From Chthoniobacteraceae bacterium (GTDB lineage: Bacteria; Verrucomicrobiota; Verrucomicrobiia; Chthoniobacterales; Chthoniobacteraceae), in assembly GCA_037190965.1 (NCBI GenBank), contig JBBCKI010000002.1, forward strand, positions 1-64,000: a DNA stretch of 64,000 nt, given 5' to 3'. Positions 18,942 through 28,872 of this stretch are shown one piece after another. The notes below the pieces were generated by a model. The model did no database searches and had not been told where the DNA came from. It was given only the letters and a program-made list of their open reading frames with translations. Within the stretch, counting starts at the first letter, position 1, and each line of letters opens with the position of its first letter. The position numbers and the translations under genes are program-made.

Positions 18942-18986
18942 GGTGCTGCCGCACCTTTCGGCAAAATGCCGGATGCAAGGAAACCG

Positions 18987-19499
18987 CTAAGGAGCAGGCG
19001 TCGCTGCCGGGCTTTCAGCCGGGGCAGCTGGTGCCTCGGCTGCGGGAGCTTCCGTCGCGGGGGCTGGGGCTGGGGTCGCCTCAGGAGCAACCGCTGCAGG
19101 CGTCTCCGCCGGAGCAGGAGTCTCGACAGGAGCCGCCGTTTCAGGGGCTTTGGATTCCCCGGCTTCAGGAGCAGGCGTCGCAGCAGGAGTTGGGCTGGCC
19201 GCAGGCTGTTCCGGCTTTGGAGCATTTAGAAGGCCCTGTTGAATGGAGCTCTTCGTGGTCGCCTGCCGGGCATAAAGTGCGGAAATGACCAGCGTCACCG
19301 CAAAGAAAATACCGCCGAGCCAGCGCGTGATTGTCACCAGAACGTTGGTGGTCTGTGCGCCGAAAAGGTTCTCCGTCATTCCACCCCCGAACGCCGCGCC
19401 AAGCCCTTCCTGTTTGGGGCGCTGCATCAGCGTCACCAGGATGATCAAAATCGCGACAATCAGGTTAATCGCGAGCAGAATGTGGATCAAAATGGACAT
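18987..19499 (-). CDS. secG: Preprotein translocase subunit SecG with Pro/Ala/Glu-rich tail
   Basis: Two TM segments flanking LMQRPKQEGLGAAFGGG. Confidence 0.92.
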   Translation of the reverse strand: MSILIHILLAINLIVAILIILVTLMQRPKQEGLGAAFGGGMTENLFGAQTTNVLVTITRWLGGIFFAVTLVISALYARQATTKSSIQQGLLNAPKPEQPAASPTPAATPAPEAGESKAPETAAPVETPAPAETPAAVAPEATPAPAPATEAPAAEAPAAPAESPAATPAP

Positions 19500-19606
19500 G
19501 AGGGCCGGAAATATGGAGGACTCCCCTCCAGTTGTAAATGGACTTTTTTATCCCTTCCCCCCGCAACCGGGCTTCGGAAGGGATATTTTGGCAAACTTGG
19601 AAGGAC

Positions 19607-20122
19607 CTAGGCGGCGGCGGGCTCCCCGAGTTTGATGCGGGAGTCAGTCTCCAGCAGTTCCCCCAGCGACGCCCAGCCACCGTCGTCGTTGAGCGCCTGG
19701 AAGGCATTGAGATAAATGGCCACCACCGTGGGATCGTGCTTGGCCAAAAGCGAGTCGATCACCGGGGCAAGCTGCTCTTTGGGAGGCGCGGCGGGAAGCT
19801 CCTCGACCGTGCCGTTCTCGTCATGGGCGATGCCGAGCCCGTCAAGGAAGTCGCACAGCAACGCGGAATGCCCCTCCACGAGCCAGATCTGGAGCAGGTT
19901 CGCCGCAATGGCGTCGCCGGAGCGACGGGAAAGAGCGTTCTGGAGCCACGCAAAGCGTTCGTTGCGGGGCTTGCGCTCGACAAAGATGGGGCGCAGGTTG
20001 CGCTGTTTGGCGAGCGCTTCGATGGCAGCCTTGTAAAGCGCCTTCTCTTTTTCGAAGAGAAAACCGAGTAACTGAAACGCCGCTTCGGGCGTCATCCGGG
20101 AAAAAATTTCGTGTGGGGCCAT
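19607..20122 (-). CDS. Hypothetical protein
   Basis: Clean 171-aa ORF with genome-typical codon usage, co-oriented with secG. Confidence 0.75.
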   Translation of the reverse strand: MAPHEIFSRMTPEAAFQLLGFLFEKEKALYKAAIEALAKQRNLRPIFVERKPRNERFAWLQNALSRRSGDAIAANLLQIWLVEGHSALLCDFLDGLGIAHDENGTVEELPAAPPKEQLAPVIDSLLAKHDPTVVAIYLNAFQALNDDGGWASLGELLETDSRIKLGEPAAA

Positions 20123-20199
20123 GAGCAGGCAAATCTTCTACGGCGTTATTGCCGATTTGAAAACCGGAATTTCCGTATTATGAAGCTCGCCATCTTTTT

Positions 20200-20928
20200 G
20201 TGAAAAATACCGACCCGGCCACCAAAGCGGACCTTCCGCCTTCTCCTGCCACTCCAGCGGACCACCCGCTCCTCGTCGGCCTGCGCGCCGCCAAGGCCAA
20301 CTTCATCCCCGGGTTGATCATCCAGGTGGCCATGATCGCGCTGGTCCTCGCCTACTATCTCCACGAGCCGGCCCGTTTCTGGCTGGGGCGTCTGGAAACC
20401 ATCAAGGCCGAATGGGGCTATCTCTTTTCCTTCCTCGTCGGGGCAGCGGCAGGCGGCATCCTGCCGGAGCTTCTCATGATAGGTCTGACACAACGGTGGA
20501 GGATACGCCGGGAGAATTTCGGCAACGCCGGATTTCATCTACTCCTATGGGGCGGGGAATCCGTCATCGTGGATGCCTTCTATCGCGCCCAGGGGCACCT
20601 CTTCGGCACGCAGGTCGATTTCGCGACCGTCGCCCTCAAAATGGTGGTGGACCAGTTCGTCTACTGCGTGCTCTTTGCAACGCCCATCTGCGTCGCCATC
20701 TATGAGTGGAGAAACCAAGGCTATCGGTTTACGGGGCTCTCAAGAGTTCTGACTCCCCGCTTTTACAAAGAAAAAGTATTTCCCTCTTTGGTGGCAAACT
20801 GGGGCATCTGGATCCCGCTGGTCTGCGTGATCTACTCAATGCCTCCGCAACTCCAGATCCCGCTCTTCAGCCTTGCGCTCACCTTCTGGGTCATTCTTTT
20901 CGCCTGGATCAACCGGCCCAAGCAATAG
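20200..20928 (+). CDS. Membrane protein, Mpv17/PMP22-like
   Basis: KMVVDQFVY, NWGIWIP..IYSMP, several TM helices. Confidence 0.7.
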   Translation: MKNTDPATKADLPPSPATPADHPLLVGLRAAKANFIPGLIIQVAMIALVLAYYLHEPARFWLGRLETIKAEWGYLFSFLVGAAAGGILPELLMIGLTQRWRIRRENFGNAGFHLLLWGGESVIVDAFYRAQGHLFGTQVDFATVALKMVVDQFVYCVLFATPICVAIYEWRNQGYRFTGLSRVLTPRFYKEKVFPSLVANWGIWIPLVCVIYSMPPQLQIPLFSLALTFWVILFAWINRPKQ

Positions 20929-20958
20929 AGCATTTGAGAGACGCTATAACCAGACGAG

Positions 20959-21795
20959 TCATCCCTCCGTCCGGCACAAGCAAGTCCAGACTTCGCCAAA
21001 CTCCTGCTTAACCCGCGCCTCCAGGGCCGGGCCGCCGGATTCCTGTTTGAGCAGGGCGAAGCAGGTGGACCCCGAGCCGGACATCAGCGCGCCCGCGCTT
21101 TCCGGCTGCGCCATCAACCATCGCTTGAGCGCCCCAAGGAAAAGATATTTCTCAAACACCGGGCGCTCCAGGTCGTTCACCAGCCGTCCCCAGGGGAATT
21201 CCTGCGCCGCGTAGGAAATCCCGGGAAGCTCACGGGAGTCTTTCCACCGTCCATAGGCCCAGGGGGTCGGCACGCCGAAATCGGGCTTCACCAGCAACAG
21301 CGGAAGCGAATGCGGGAACGGAACCGGTTCCACGCGCTCCCCCCTCCCCCTGCATATGGCGGCTGAACCCGCCAAAAAGAAAGGCACGTCGGAGCCGATC
21401 TCCGCCGCGAGCGTCATCAGAGCCTCGCCGGAAAGCGGTTCACCAAGCGCGGTGTTCAGTCCCGCGAGCGTCGAGGCGGCATCGCTGCTGCCGCCCCCCA
21501 GCCCCGCCCCGTGCGGAACCGCCTTTTCAAGCCGGATCGCCACGGACGCAGGCTGCCCGGCGGTTTCAAAAAATCGCCGCGCCGCGCGCACGACCAGATT
21601 GCTGTCATCCGTGGGCAGGCTCGCGTCGCTACACGTGAACGCAATCCCCCCGTCGGTGCCCGGCCACGACTCGATCTCCAAAGAATCGGCAAGCGTCAGC
21701 GGCACCATGAGCGACTCGATCTCATGAAAGCCATCAGGACGCTTCCCAAGAATCGCCAGCGAAAGATTGATTTTGGCGGGAGCGCGAAGTTTCAC
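20959..21795 (-). CDS. ispE: 4-diphosphocytidyl-2-C-methyl-D-erythritol kinase
   Basis: APAKINLSL, GAGLGGGSSDAA, GSDVPFF, MSGSGS. GTG start estimated. Confidence 0.95.
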   Translation of the reverse strand: MKLRAPAKINLSLAILGKRPDGFHEIESLMVPLTLADSLEIESWPGTDGGIAFTCSDASLPTDDSNLVVRAARRFFETAGQPASVAIRLEKAVPHGAGLGGGSSDAASTLAGLNTALGEPLSGEALMTLAAEIGSDVPFFLAGSAAICRGRGERVEPVPFPHSLPLLLVKPDFGVPTPWAYGRWKDSRELPGISYAAQEFPWGRLVNDLERPVFEKYLFLGALKRWLMAQPESAGALMSGSGSTCFALLKQESGGPALEARVKQEFGEVWTCLCRTEG

Positions 21796-21949
21796 CCGGA
21801 CACCGTGCGGCAAAATTGCCTGCAAAGTCAAAAGCGATTCACTGCAGAGAACGGGTAAAATGCCTCTGCGAAGGGTGTCTATCGGAACTCGCCACTCGAT
21901 AGGCCGCCATACCGCCAGCCCTGCACAGCTTCCCGAAACCGGGTCTGTG

Positions 21950-23518
21950 ATGACTAGCAAATATTGGCCCTGCGTGGCGGCCTGTATTGCCGGGGTAGGC
22001 TTCGCCTTCGCCGCGGACGCGATCCTGAACCGTGGGATCAAAGACCCTCCGGCAAGCGTGAAGGCAACGCTTCCGGCGCACGCCACGGATATTTCCCTGA
22101 ACACCTCGGCGGCTGCTCCCGAACGGATTGAGCCACTCTATTTCGTTCCGCCGACAAAGCCGAAGCCTACCCCGCGATCCGCGAAAGACGAGGCGATCCA
22201 TAGTCTTGAAATGCTCGGCATGGAGGCGACCGGAGCCAACCTCGCCCAGGCGGTCCGGGCCGGAACACTATTCAATATCGACCTCCTGCTTCGGGCGGGG
22301 GTCGGCGCCGAGGCGCGAGACACCGACGGACGGCCCATGCTGGTCGTCGCCTGCGACGCGGAGTGCGTCCCGGCCGCGCAACGGCTGATGGAAGCAGGTG
22401 CAAGCGCCGACATTACTGGCCCTGACGGTCGAACCCCGCTCATGATCGCGGCTGCCCGTGGCAACATCGACATGATGGAGAGCCTTGTGCGCAACGGCGC
22501 AAACCTTTCACTGACCGACAAGGAAGGACACACCGCCCTTTTTCACGCCGTCATGGCGGGCGATCCCGGGCCGGTAAAATGGTTGATTGCCGAAGGCATT
22601 CCCCCGGAAACAGACAACTGCTGCAACGGCTCGAAATCGCTGGTCCTTCATGCCCTCGCCACAGGCAGGCTCAACATTCTGGAACCTGTTCTCCAGCTTC
22701 AAAAGCCCGAACACTGGTGCACCGAAACCCGCGAAGCCCTCTTTACCGCCGTGCGGCAGCAGAATAAGCCGCTCATCAAAGCCTTGATTACCAATCACGG
22801 CGAAGCGCCCACCCCGGAAGGCGCGCAGCAGCCGTTGCTTGGCTATACGATTGCGTGGGGGGATCCCGCCGTACTCCGGCTGCTGCTGGAGTGCGGCGCG
22901 GACCCCAATACACCGCTCGGCAGCCCTGTGGAACCGGCCTTCTCCAAGCTTGTCCCCCAGAGGTTCGTCAAGCACTACCTCGACACGGAGGCCGGGGTGA
23001 CGCCGCTCATGCTCGCCGCAGGGGCCGGACGCTTGGACTGCGTCGAAGCCCTGCTCGATTACGGCGCGAAACGTGGCGCCGTCACCCAAAAATCAAAGAT
23101 GGCCGCCATCAGCTTTGCCGCCCGCTCGGATAGCGTTGAAGTCATGCAACGGCTCCTTGGCAAAAGCCCCAGGCCGGAGGACCAGCAAACCAGGGTCGAG
23201 ATCTCGCTGAGCAGCCAGACCGCGCGGCTCTGGAAAAACGACAAACTCATCATGACCTCTCCGGTCTCAACCGGCCGCCCGGGCTTCAGAACCCCCTCGG
23301 GCCGGTTCGTCATCACCGACAAAACGAGAAGCCGGATATCCTCCATTTACAAAGTCGAGATGCCCTACTTCATGCGCCTGAGTTGCAGCGAAGTCGGGAT
23401 GCACGCCGGCGTGGTCCCCAACCACCCCGCCTCCCACGGCTGCATCCGCCTGCCCTACGGCGCGGCGGTCCGTTTCTACCGCGAATTGGAAGTGGGAACG
23501 CTGGTTACAATCCGGTAG
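21950..23518 (+). CDS. Exported ankyrin-repeat protein with C-terminal L,D-transpeptidase (YkuD) domain
   Basis: N-terminal hydrophobic helix, ankyrin motifs GRTPLMIAA, GHTALFHA, GVTPLMLAA, and HAG...ASHGCIRL. Confidence 0.85.
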   Translation: MTSKYWPCVAACIAGVGFAFAADAILNRGIKDPPASVKATLPAHATDISLNTSAAAPERIEPLYFVPPTKPKPTPRSAKDEAIHSLEMLGMEATGANLAQAVRAGTLFNIDLLLRAGVGAEARDTDGRPMLVVACDAECVPAAQRLMEAGASADITGPDGRTPLMIAAARGNIDMMESLVRNGANLSLTDKEGHTALFHAVMAGDPGPVKWLIAEGIPPETDNCCNGSKSLVLHALATGRLNILEPVLQLQKPEHWCTETREALFTAVRQQNKPLIKALITNHGEAPTPEGAQQPLLGYTIAWGDPAVLRLLLECGADPNTPLGSPVEPAFSKLVPQRFVKHYLDTEAGVTPLMLAAGAGRLDCVEALLDYGAKRGAVTQKSKMAAISFAARSDSVEVMQRLLGKSPRPEDQQTRVEISLSSQTARLWKNDKLIMTSPVSTGRPGFRTPSGRFVITDKTRSRISSIYKVEMPYFMRLSCSEVGMHAGVVPNHPASHGCIRLPYGAAVRFYRELEVGTLVTIR

Positions 23519-23547
23519 CCCGCTCGCGCCTTCGAGGGTGGGTATCG
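23512..23547 (+). repeat. Single GTAG-type REP overlapping the stop codon of the L,D-transpeptidase gene
   Basis: CCGGTAGCCCGCTCGCGCCTTCGAGGGTGGGTATCG matches the reverse complement of 37220-37255 at 32 of 36 positions. Confidence 0.8.
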
Positions 23548-23671
23548 AGGCCCGCACCATTCCGAAACCATGCCCCCGTCCTCCCTCACCGAACCTGCAA
23601 GTTCGCCCCAAGCGCACGCGATCGGATTTGCCGATTGGCATCGCGCCTCCCCGGTGTCATACTCTCCGGCT

Positions 23672-24559
23672 ATGTCCAAAGTCGCCCTAGGCAAAGGTCT
23701 CGGAGCCTTGATCCAGCCGCGCGTTGCCACACCTAAACCGGTTGTGGAAGCGGGCGAGCGGGTCCAGCTCACGCCAGTGAAGGAGATTGTCCCCAGCCCC
23801 CTTCAACCCAGGGCGGAGTTTCGCGGGGAGCACCTCCAGGAGTTGGTCGATTCGATCAAGGAACACGGCATCATCCAGCCGTTGATCGTCCGCAAACGGG
23901 ACGGAAAGTTTGAACTCATCGCCGGCGAACGCCGGTGGCGCGCCGCGCAGCAGCTCGGCCTCAAGGAGGCCCCGGTCATTGTCCGCGAGGCTGGCGACCA
24001 GGAGGTGCTGGAACTCGCGCTCATCGAAAACATCCAGAGGGAGGACCTCAATCCGATTGAAGAAGCGATGGCATACCAACGCCTCGCCAAGGAATTCGGG
24101 CTTCGGCAGGAAGATATAGCCCAAAAGGTCGGGAAAAGCCGTGCCGCGGTGGCCAATAGCATGCGACTCCTCGAGCTCGCCCCTGATGTCCAGAGCTGGC
24201 TGATGCAGGGGCGTATCTCCGTCGGCCACGCCAAGGTGCTGCTCGGCGCAAAGACCCATCAGGAGCAATCCATTCTGGCCGACGCCATCCTCCGGCAAAA
24301 CCTGACCGTGCGCGCCACGGAAAAACTCCTGGCTTCGCACCTTGCGCGGCAGGGTGCCGCCCGCCCGGCGGGCCGGGCGACCGCTGCCGGGGGAGCGCTC
24401 GCCCCCGCCATGCTCAATGTGCAAAACCGGCTCCAGCGGCACTTTGCGACCCACGTCTCCCTGCACCACGCCGACAAGCGCGGCCGCATCGAGATCGAGT
24501 ATTACGGCAACGACGATTTACAACGCCTTCTCAACCTCCTCGGCCTTGAAGATGAATAG
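23672..24559 (+). CDS. parB: ParB/Spo0J partition protein
   Basis: ALGKGLGALI, LIAGERRWRAA, ENIQREDLNPIEEA, HTH. Confidence 0.95.
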   Translation: MSKVALGKGLGALIQPRVATPKPVVEAGERVQLTPVKEIVPSPLQPRAEFRGEHLQELVDSIKEHGIIQPLIVRKRDGKFELIAGERRWRAAQQLGLKEAPVIVREAGDQEVLELALIENIQREDLNPIEEAMAYQRLAKEFGLRQEDIAQKVGKSRAAVANSMRLLELAPDVQSWLMQGRISVGHAKVLLGAKTHQEQSILADAILRQNLTVRATEKLLASHLARQGAARPAGRATAAGGALAPAMLNVQNRLQRHFATHVSLHHADKRGRIEIEYYGNDDLQRLLNLLGLEDE

Positions 24560-25529
24560 ACTCCGGCTTGGCGGCACGATTTTCCTTTCATTGATGCTGG
24601 CTATTTCCGCCAGCTTCAGTGGCTGCGACAACAAGGAAAAGGAATCCGCGCCCTCCTCGACAGGCTCGCCGGGAAATGCCCCGGCACGCCCCGTACCCAC
24701 CGAGATCTGGAAGGAATTCTCGGGCGACAAGGCCTTTGCCCATGTCGAGGCCCAAGTCGCCATTGGGCCACGCCCCGCAGGTTCCGCCGAACTCGAGAAA
24801 ACACGCGGTTTGATCACCACGGAACTCGAGCGCCAGGGCTGGAGCGTCGAAAGGCAGGAATTCACCGACCAGACGCCGCGGGGCCCGATAGTGTTCGTCA
24901 ACCTGATCGCCCGTTACGGCGGCTCTGACAAGACGCAGCGTTTCATCATCTGCTCCCACTTCGACACCAAAGCCTATGACACGATCCGGTTTGTCGGCGC
25001 GAGCGACGGCGCGTCGAGCACCGGCGCGCTCATGGAGCTGGCGCGCGTGCTGGCGCTGGACCCTGCGCTGGCCCGGCAAGTGGAACTCGTGTTTTTCGAC
25101 GGCGAAGAAGCCTTCACGCAATTCAGCGAAACCGACGGCCTCTACGGTAGCCGGCATTACGCCCGAAACCTGCGCGAGACGGGCCGCAACAAGCAGTTCA
25201 AGGCCGGAGTCCTCTGGGACATGATCGGCGACAAGAACCTGACGATCACCCTCTCTCCCGATTCCCCGCCTGAGCTCACCCGCGAGATCTTTGCCGCCGC
25301 CGAGCAACTCCAGGCTCGTCAGTATTTCAGCTACCATCGGCAACCCATCTGGGACGATCACGTTCCCCTCAACCAGGCGAAGATCCCCACCATCGATCTG
25401 ATCGATTTCGATTACCCCTACTGGCACACGGCCGACGACACGCTCGACAAACTCAGCCCGCAGAGCCTGCAAATTGTCGGTGCGGTAACCCTTCGCTGGC
25501 TGAAAACAGCCGCTGCCGCCAAGCCCTGA
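24552..25529 (+). CDS. M28-family peptidase / glutaminyl cyclase-like lipoprotein
   Basis: FSGC lipobox, SHFDTK, GASDGASS, FFDGEE, DMIGD, DDH, WHT. Confidence 0.85.
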   Translation: MNRLRLGGTIFLSLMLAISASFSGCDNKEKESAPSSTGSPGNAPARPVPTEIWKEFSGDKAFAHVEAQVAIGPRPAGSAELEKTRGLITTELERQGWSVERQEFTDQTPRGPIVFVNLIARYGGSDKTQRFIICSHFDTKAYDTIRFVGASDGASSTGALMELARVLALDPALARQVELVFFDGEEAFTQFSETDGLYGSRHYARNLRETGRNKQFKAGVLWDMIGDKNLTITLSPDSPPELTREIFAAAEQLQARQYFSYHRQPIWDDHVPLNQAKIPTIDLIDFDYPYWHTADDTLDKLSPQSLQIVGAVTLRWLKTAAAAKP

Positions 25530-25581
25530 AAGCCGAAGCATCAGGGCCGGTAAAAATTTCCAAAAAAAGTTGAGGAAATAG

Positions 25582-25610
25582 TTGCCAGAAAATCCCGACG
25601 GTGCTTTATT
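25582..25610 (+). promoter_or_regulatory. Putative sigma70-type promoter of tRNA-Arg(ACG)
   Basis: TTGCCA - 17 bp - TTTATT with an A-tract upstream. Confidence 0.45.
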
Positions 25611-25643
25611 ACACGTCCTTCGCGGCACCGCCGCCTAAGAAAA

Positions 25644-25717
25644 GCGCTCGTAGCTCAATTGGATAGAGCATCTGACTACGGATCAGAAGGTTTCAGGTTC
25701 AAATCCTGACGGGCGCA
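25644..25717 (+). tRNA. tRNA-Arg(ACG)
   Basis: Cloverleaf with anticodon loop CTACGGA and T loop TTCAAAT; CCA not encoded. Confidence 0.95.
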
Positions 25718-26106
25718 TTTCTCACCAACCCTCTCCACTCGAAGAGGGTCACAAAAGACAAAGCTGTGTAATTCCACTCTCGCAGGAAAATTTACTACCC
25801 GGATGCTGTCTTTAATTTCTGGCATCGCACTGAAGAACATGTCGCCTCAAGAAAAAAGAAGCCAGACGGTTACCATCGGCTAGTTTGACCAACTGCTTCC
25901 GAAGCGAGTCACTAGAAACCCACTTGAGCCTTGGTCGCCGAAAATAGCCACAATGGCGGAGATCCCTATTCCCTGTTGTCTCTACGATCTCTTTCCGCCA
26001 CTTACCAGGAAGTTACCGATATCAAGGGCCGCCCCTTCCCGCTTTCCATCGGATGATTCCAAACGGTTATGAAGAATAACCGATCGACCTCCAGATTTAA
26101 AACGAG

Positions 26107-26166
26107 CGAGCGTCGCAGGCCTTGGCTTGATCTTCGGAAAGACCAGCTACCAACCTGCGACGCTCG
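26107..26166 (-). terminator. Long hairpin downstream of the PEP-CTERM gene
   Basis: 13-bp perfect inverted repeat CGAGCGTCGCAGG/CCTGCGACGCTCG with further inner pairing, 20 bp past the stop. Confidence 0.55.
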
Positions 26167-26186
26167 AATGTGCTTGCTCTAAACTC

Positions 26187-27512
26187 TTAGGCTTTCACCT
26201 GGCGGCGGAAGCGGGCAAAAACAAGCCCTGCTGCCGAGAGCGCCACGAGTGCCCAAGTGGAAGGTTCGGGGATAGTGGTAATGATCGTATATCCGTTCAG
26301 GTCGCTGTAGAGGCCATTGGTTTCGGTTTCTCCCGTGCCAATAACGTAACGAAGAAAAAGATTGTCCAAGGAACCGGCAATCCAGTCGCTATTCTCGGCG
26401 TCCCAGATCTCGAATCTTCCGCCAAGAATAAAGGTTTCGAGCGTGGTGACCTGATCGCCGTACCATGCGAAGAAGCCGTCATCAATGCGGATTACTGAGT
26501 CAGATCCCGTTCCAAAGGTCAGAATGCCGGTCTTCGTGCTGTCTCCTAACTTAAGAAGGCCGCCGTCCTCGATTCTTAGAACACTATTAGTGGCACCGTT
26601 AGCATCTCCGATGGCCAGGTCGGATCTCAGTGCCAACGACGATTGCTCTCCCGAGATGACGATCTGAGAGTCCGTGCTCCCCCAGGTTCCGATATTGGTT
26701 TTCGCATTCGTGATTCCATCCCCAAACCCAGAGGTCGCCTTGGCTCCTCCCGAGATGGTCAACGAGGAAGTGTCGGCGAACAAGGTCCCGACTTGAAGAT
26801 CGTTCCGATTAGTCCAGGTGGTTCCGGCTCCGTCAATCGTTGCACTACTATTAATAGCGTTCTCACTTCCAACGTAAAAATTGGTAGACTTGAACGTTGC
26901 TCCATCGTTGACATTGAGCTGGTTGTTATTCGCGTTCTGGTAACCGACGCGGACATTGCTGCTGGCGTCCAGGATGGAGTTCGATCCTGTTACAGTAATC
27001 GTGTTCCCGTTGGCCTCCGCATTTTCTTCGGTATTACCTGCGCCAATCATGAAGTGAGTGCTTTTGACGGACCCACCATTTGAGATGGTCAATGTGTTTG
27101 AATTGCCCCCGAAGCCCACAAAAATCGTGGATGAGTCCCCCCAGCCAGTCCAAGTACTTACCCATTTTGAACCCGCACCCGACACAGTCATCGAGTTGTT
27201 GTCTGCTAAGTAGCCGATATTCACCGGTGCATCGTGGAGCGTGGCCGATGCCCCCTCGATGATCGAAAAGGTATTATTGTTGGACCAGTACTGTCCTACG
27301 CTGACTTCGTAGCCCGTAAAAGTTTTGGCGAAACCGTTATTGAGAGTATAGGTCGAGTTGCCAGCGTCCATTTGGGCTGGAACGGAACCGTTCACCAGAT
27401 TCACCGCGTGAAGCAGCGAAGGGGATGCGGCAAGGGTGGCTACAAAAGCAATCTGCTTGGCAAGTTTGCCAAGGCCAGTTTTGGGGAGTCGGAACGTGAG
27501 GCTATATGTCAT
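26187..27512 (-). CDS. PEP-CTERM surface protein with autotransporter-like beta-helix repeats
   Basis: Signal peptide, Gly/Asn/Ser/Thr-rich repeats (VG..G..N.LTISNGG.V), C-terminal IPEPSTWALVALSAAGLVFARFRR. Confidence 0.9.
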   Translation of the reverse strand: MTYSLTFRLPKTGLGKLAKQIAFVATLAASPSLLHAVNLVNGSVPAQMDAGNSTYTLNNGFAKTFTGYEVSVGQYWSNNNTFSIIEGASATLHDAPVNIGYLADNNSMTVSGAGSKWVSTWTGWGDSSTIFVGFGGNSNTLTISNGGSVKSTHFMIGAGNTEENAEANGNTITVTGSNSILDASSNVRVGYQNANNNQLNVNDGATFKSTNFYVGSENAINSSATIDGAGTTWTNRNDLQVGTLFADTSSLTISGGAKATSGFGDGITNAKTNIGTWGSTDSQIVISGEQSSLALRSDLAIGDANGATNSVLRIEDGGLLKLGDSTKTGILTFGTGSDSVIRIDDGFFAWYGDQVTTLETFILGGRFEIWDAENSDWIAGSLDNLFLRYVIGTGETETNGLYSDLNGYTIITTIPEPSTWALVALSAAGLVFARFRRQVKA

Positions 27513-27876
27513 CGGATAAGGGGTTGGGACTTTCTGGTTTCGAAACCTCCAGACAGAATCTATCCGGAGTGTGACTGAGCAGGGGGGCTCAGGTGATGAG
27601 GTGGAAACAAGCCAAAACAGCGATCGCTCTTTATCGAAGAGTGATTGTCAAATTCGGTAATACGGAATATTTCCACGAAACCGCACTGTAAGTGCAATTC
27701 TCAGGAGTGCGACCTCGAATTTGAGATGTAAGTAATTCTGCGTATGAAAATCGATCCGGTCGTTGATTGGGCGACTAGACAAAACGCGATCAACTCAATA
27801 ACAAGACAGACGACAGCTTCTTGGTTTAACCCTGGGAAATTGCGCGGGACCGCCGCGATCAACCTCCGACCTGGGT

Positions 27877-28872
27877 TTAAGCCATCAAGTCGATCTGATC
27901 GGGAGTAACGACATGGCTCAGCGCCCGGCCTTCTTTCCAGGCGATGAATTCGGAAATCATCAGGTCCGACATCCGCTGGACTTCATCGCCGTGGGAACCG
28001 GCGAGATGCGGCGTCAAGATGACGTTCTCCAACTCATAGATCGGCGAACCGGCTAGAGGGGGTTCGGGCCAGGTAACATCAAGTACCGCCGTCAAGTCAG
28101 GGCGAGCCCGGAGCACCTCGATCATCTCCGGCTCCTTAACCAACGCACCCCGGGCTGTGTTGATGAAGGTGGCATAAGGTTTCATGGAGGCCAGCAGCCC
28201 TCCCGTAATCATCCCTACGGTGGCAGGGAGGCTGGGGGCATGAAGCGTGACGACATCGCTTTTGGCAAAGAGCTCCTTCAAATCGACCTTCTGTAAGCCA
28301 AGCGCCTCCACGGCCTCATCGGAGGCAAAAGGGTCGTAAACGAGTTTATGGAGATGAAAAGGGCGCAGAAGTTCGCAGAGGTTCCGCCCGATAGTGCCGA
28401 GGGCAATGATACCGACGGTGGCTCCGTAAACGCCTTTGACAGGGAGCCGCTTCCAGCTATCGGGCCCCGGGTTTTTCTCGAACTGTCGGATATGTGCCCA
28501 TCCTCGTTTGAGCGAAAAGAGAATCTCGGCAAGCGTGAACTCCGCTACGGGGACGGCATTGGCTGCCCCGGCGTTGACGATCATAATTCCCCTGTCGAAA
28601 AGGGGGGCGGCAAATCCTTTGACACTGCCCGCCGCATAGAAAACCGCCTTCAATTTCGGGAGAAGACCGAATTGCTCATCCGAAAGCTTTGGCATTCCCC
28701 AGGTGGAAAAGATGACCTCGGTCTCTGCGAGCCATTCCGTGTGCGCCTTCATCTCCGAAGGGGTAATAACACCCGGGGCGAGTTCGACGCACTCGGCCAA
28801 ACGAAGCTGCTGGGAGGATCCCCAAACGGTGGTCACAGTGTCCGGATGCTCTCCGAAAAGAATGCCTTTCAT
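27877..28872 (-). CDS. D-isomer-specific 2-hydroxyacid dehydrogenase family protein
   Basis: VGIIALGTIG, FINTARG, LDVT.PEP, TPHLAGS. Start at MKGILFG. Confidence 0.9.
   Translation of the reverse strand: MKGILFGEHPDTVTTVWGSSQQLRLAECVELAPGVITPSEMKAHTEWLAETEVIFSTWGMPKLSDEQFGLLPKLKAVFYAAGSVKGFAAPLFDRGIMIVNAGAANAVPVAEFTLAEILFSLKRGWAHIRQFEKNPGPDSWKRLPVKGVYGATVGIIALGTIGRNLCELLRPFHLHKLVYDPFASDEAVEALGLQKVDLKELFAKSDVVTLHAPSLPATVGMITGGLLASMKPYATFINTARGALVKEPEMIEVLRARPDLTAVLDVTWPEPPLAGSPIYELENVILTPHLAGSHGDEVQRMSDLMISEFIAWKEGRALSHVVTPDQIDLMA

Noticed and set aside
18990..19210. Repetitive GC-rich tract resembling a repeat array
   Set aside because: It encodes the Pro/Ala/Glu/Thr tail of SecG and has no repeat-spacer periodicity. 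No CRISPR array was seen anywhere in the window.
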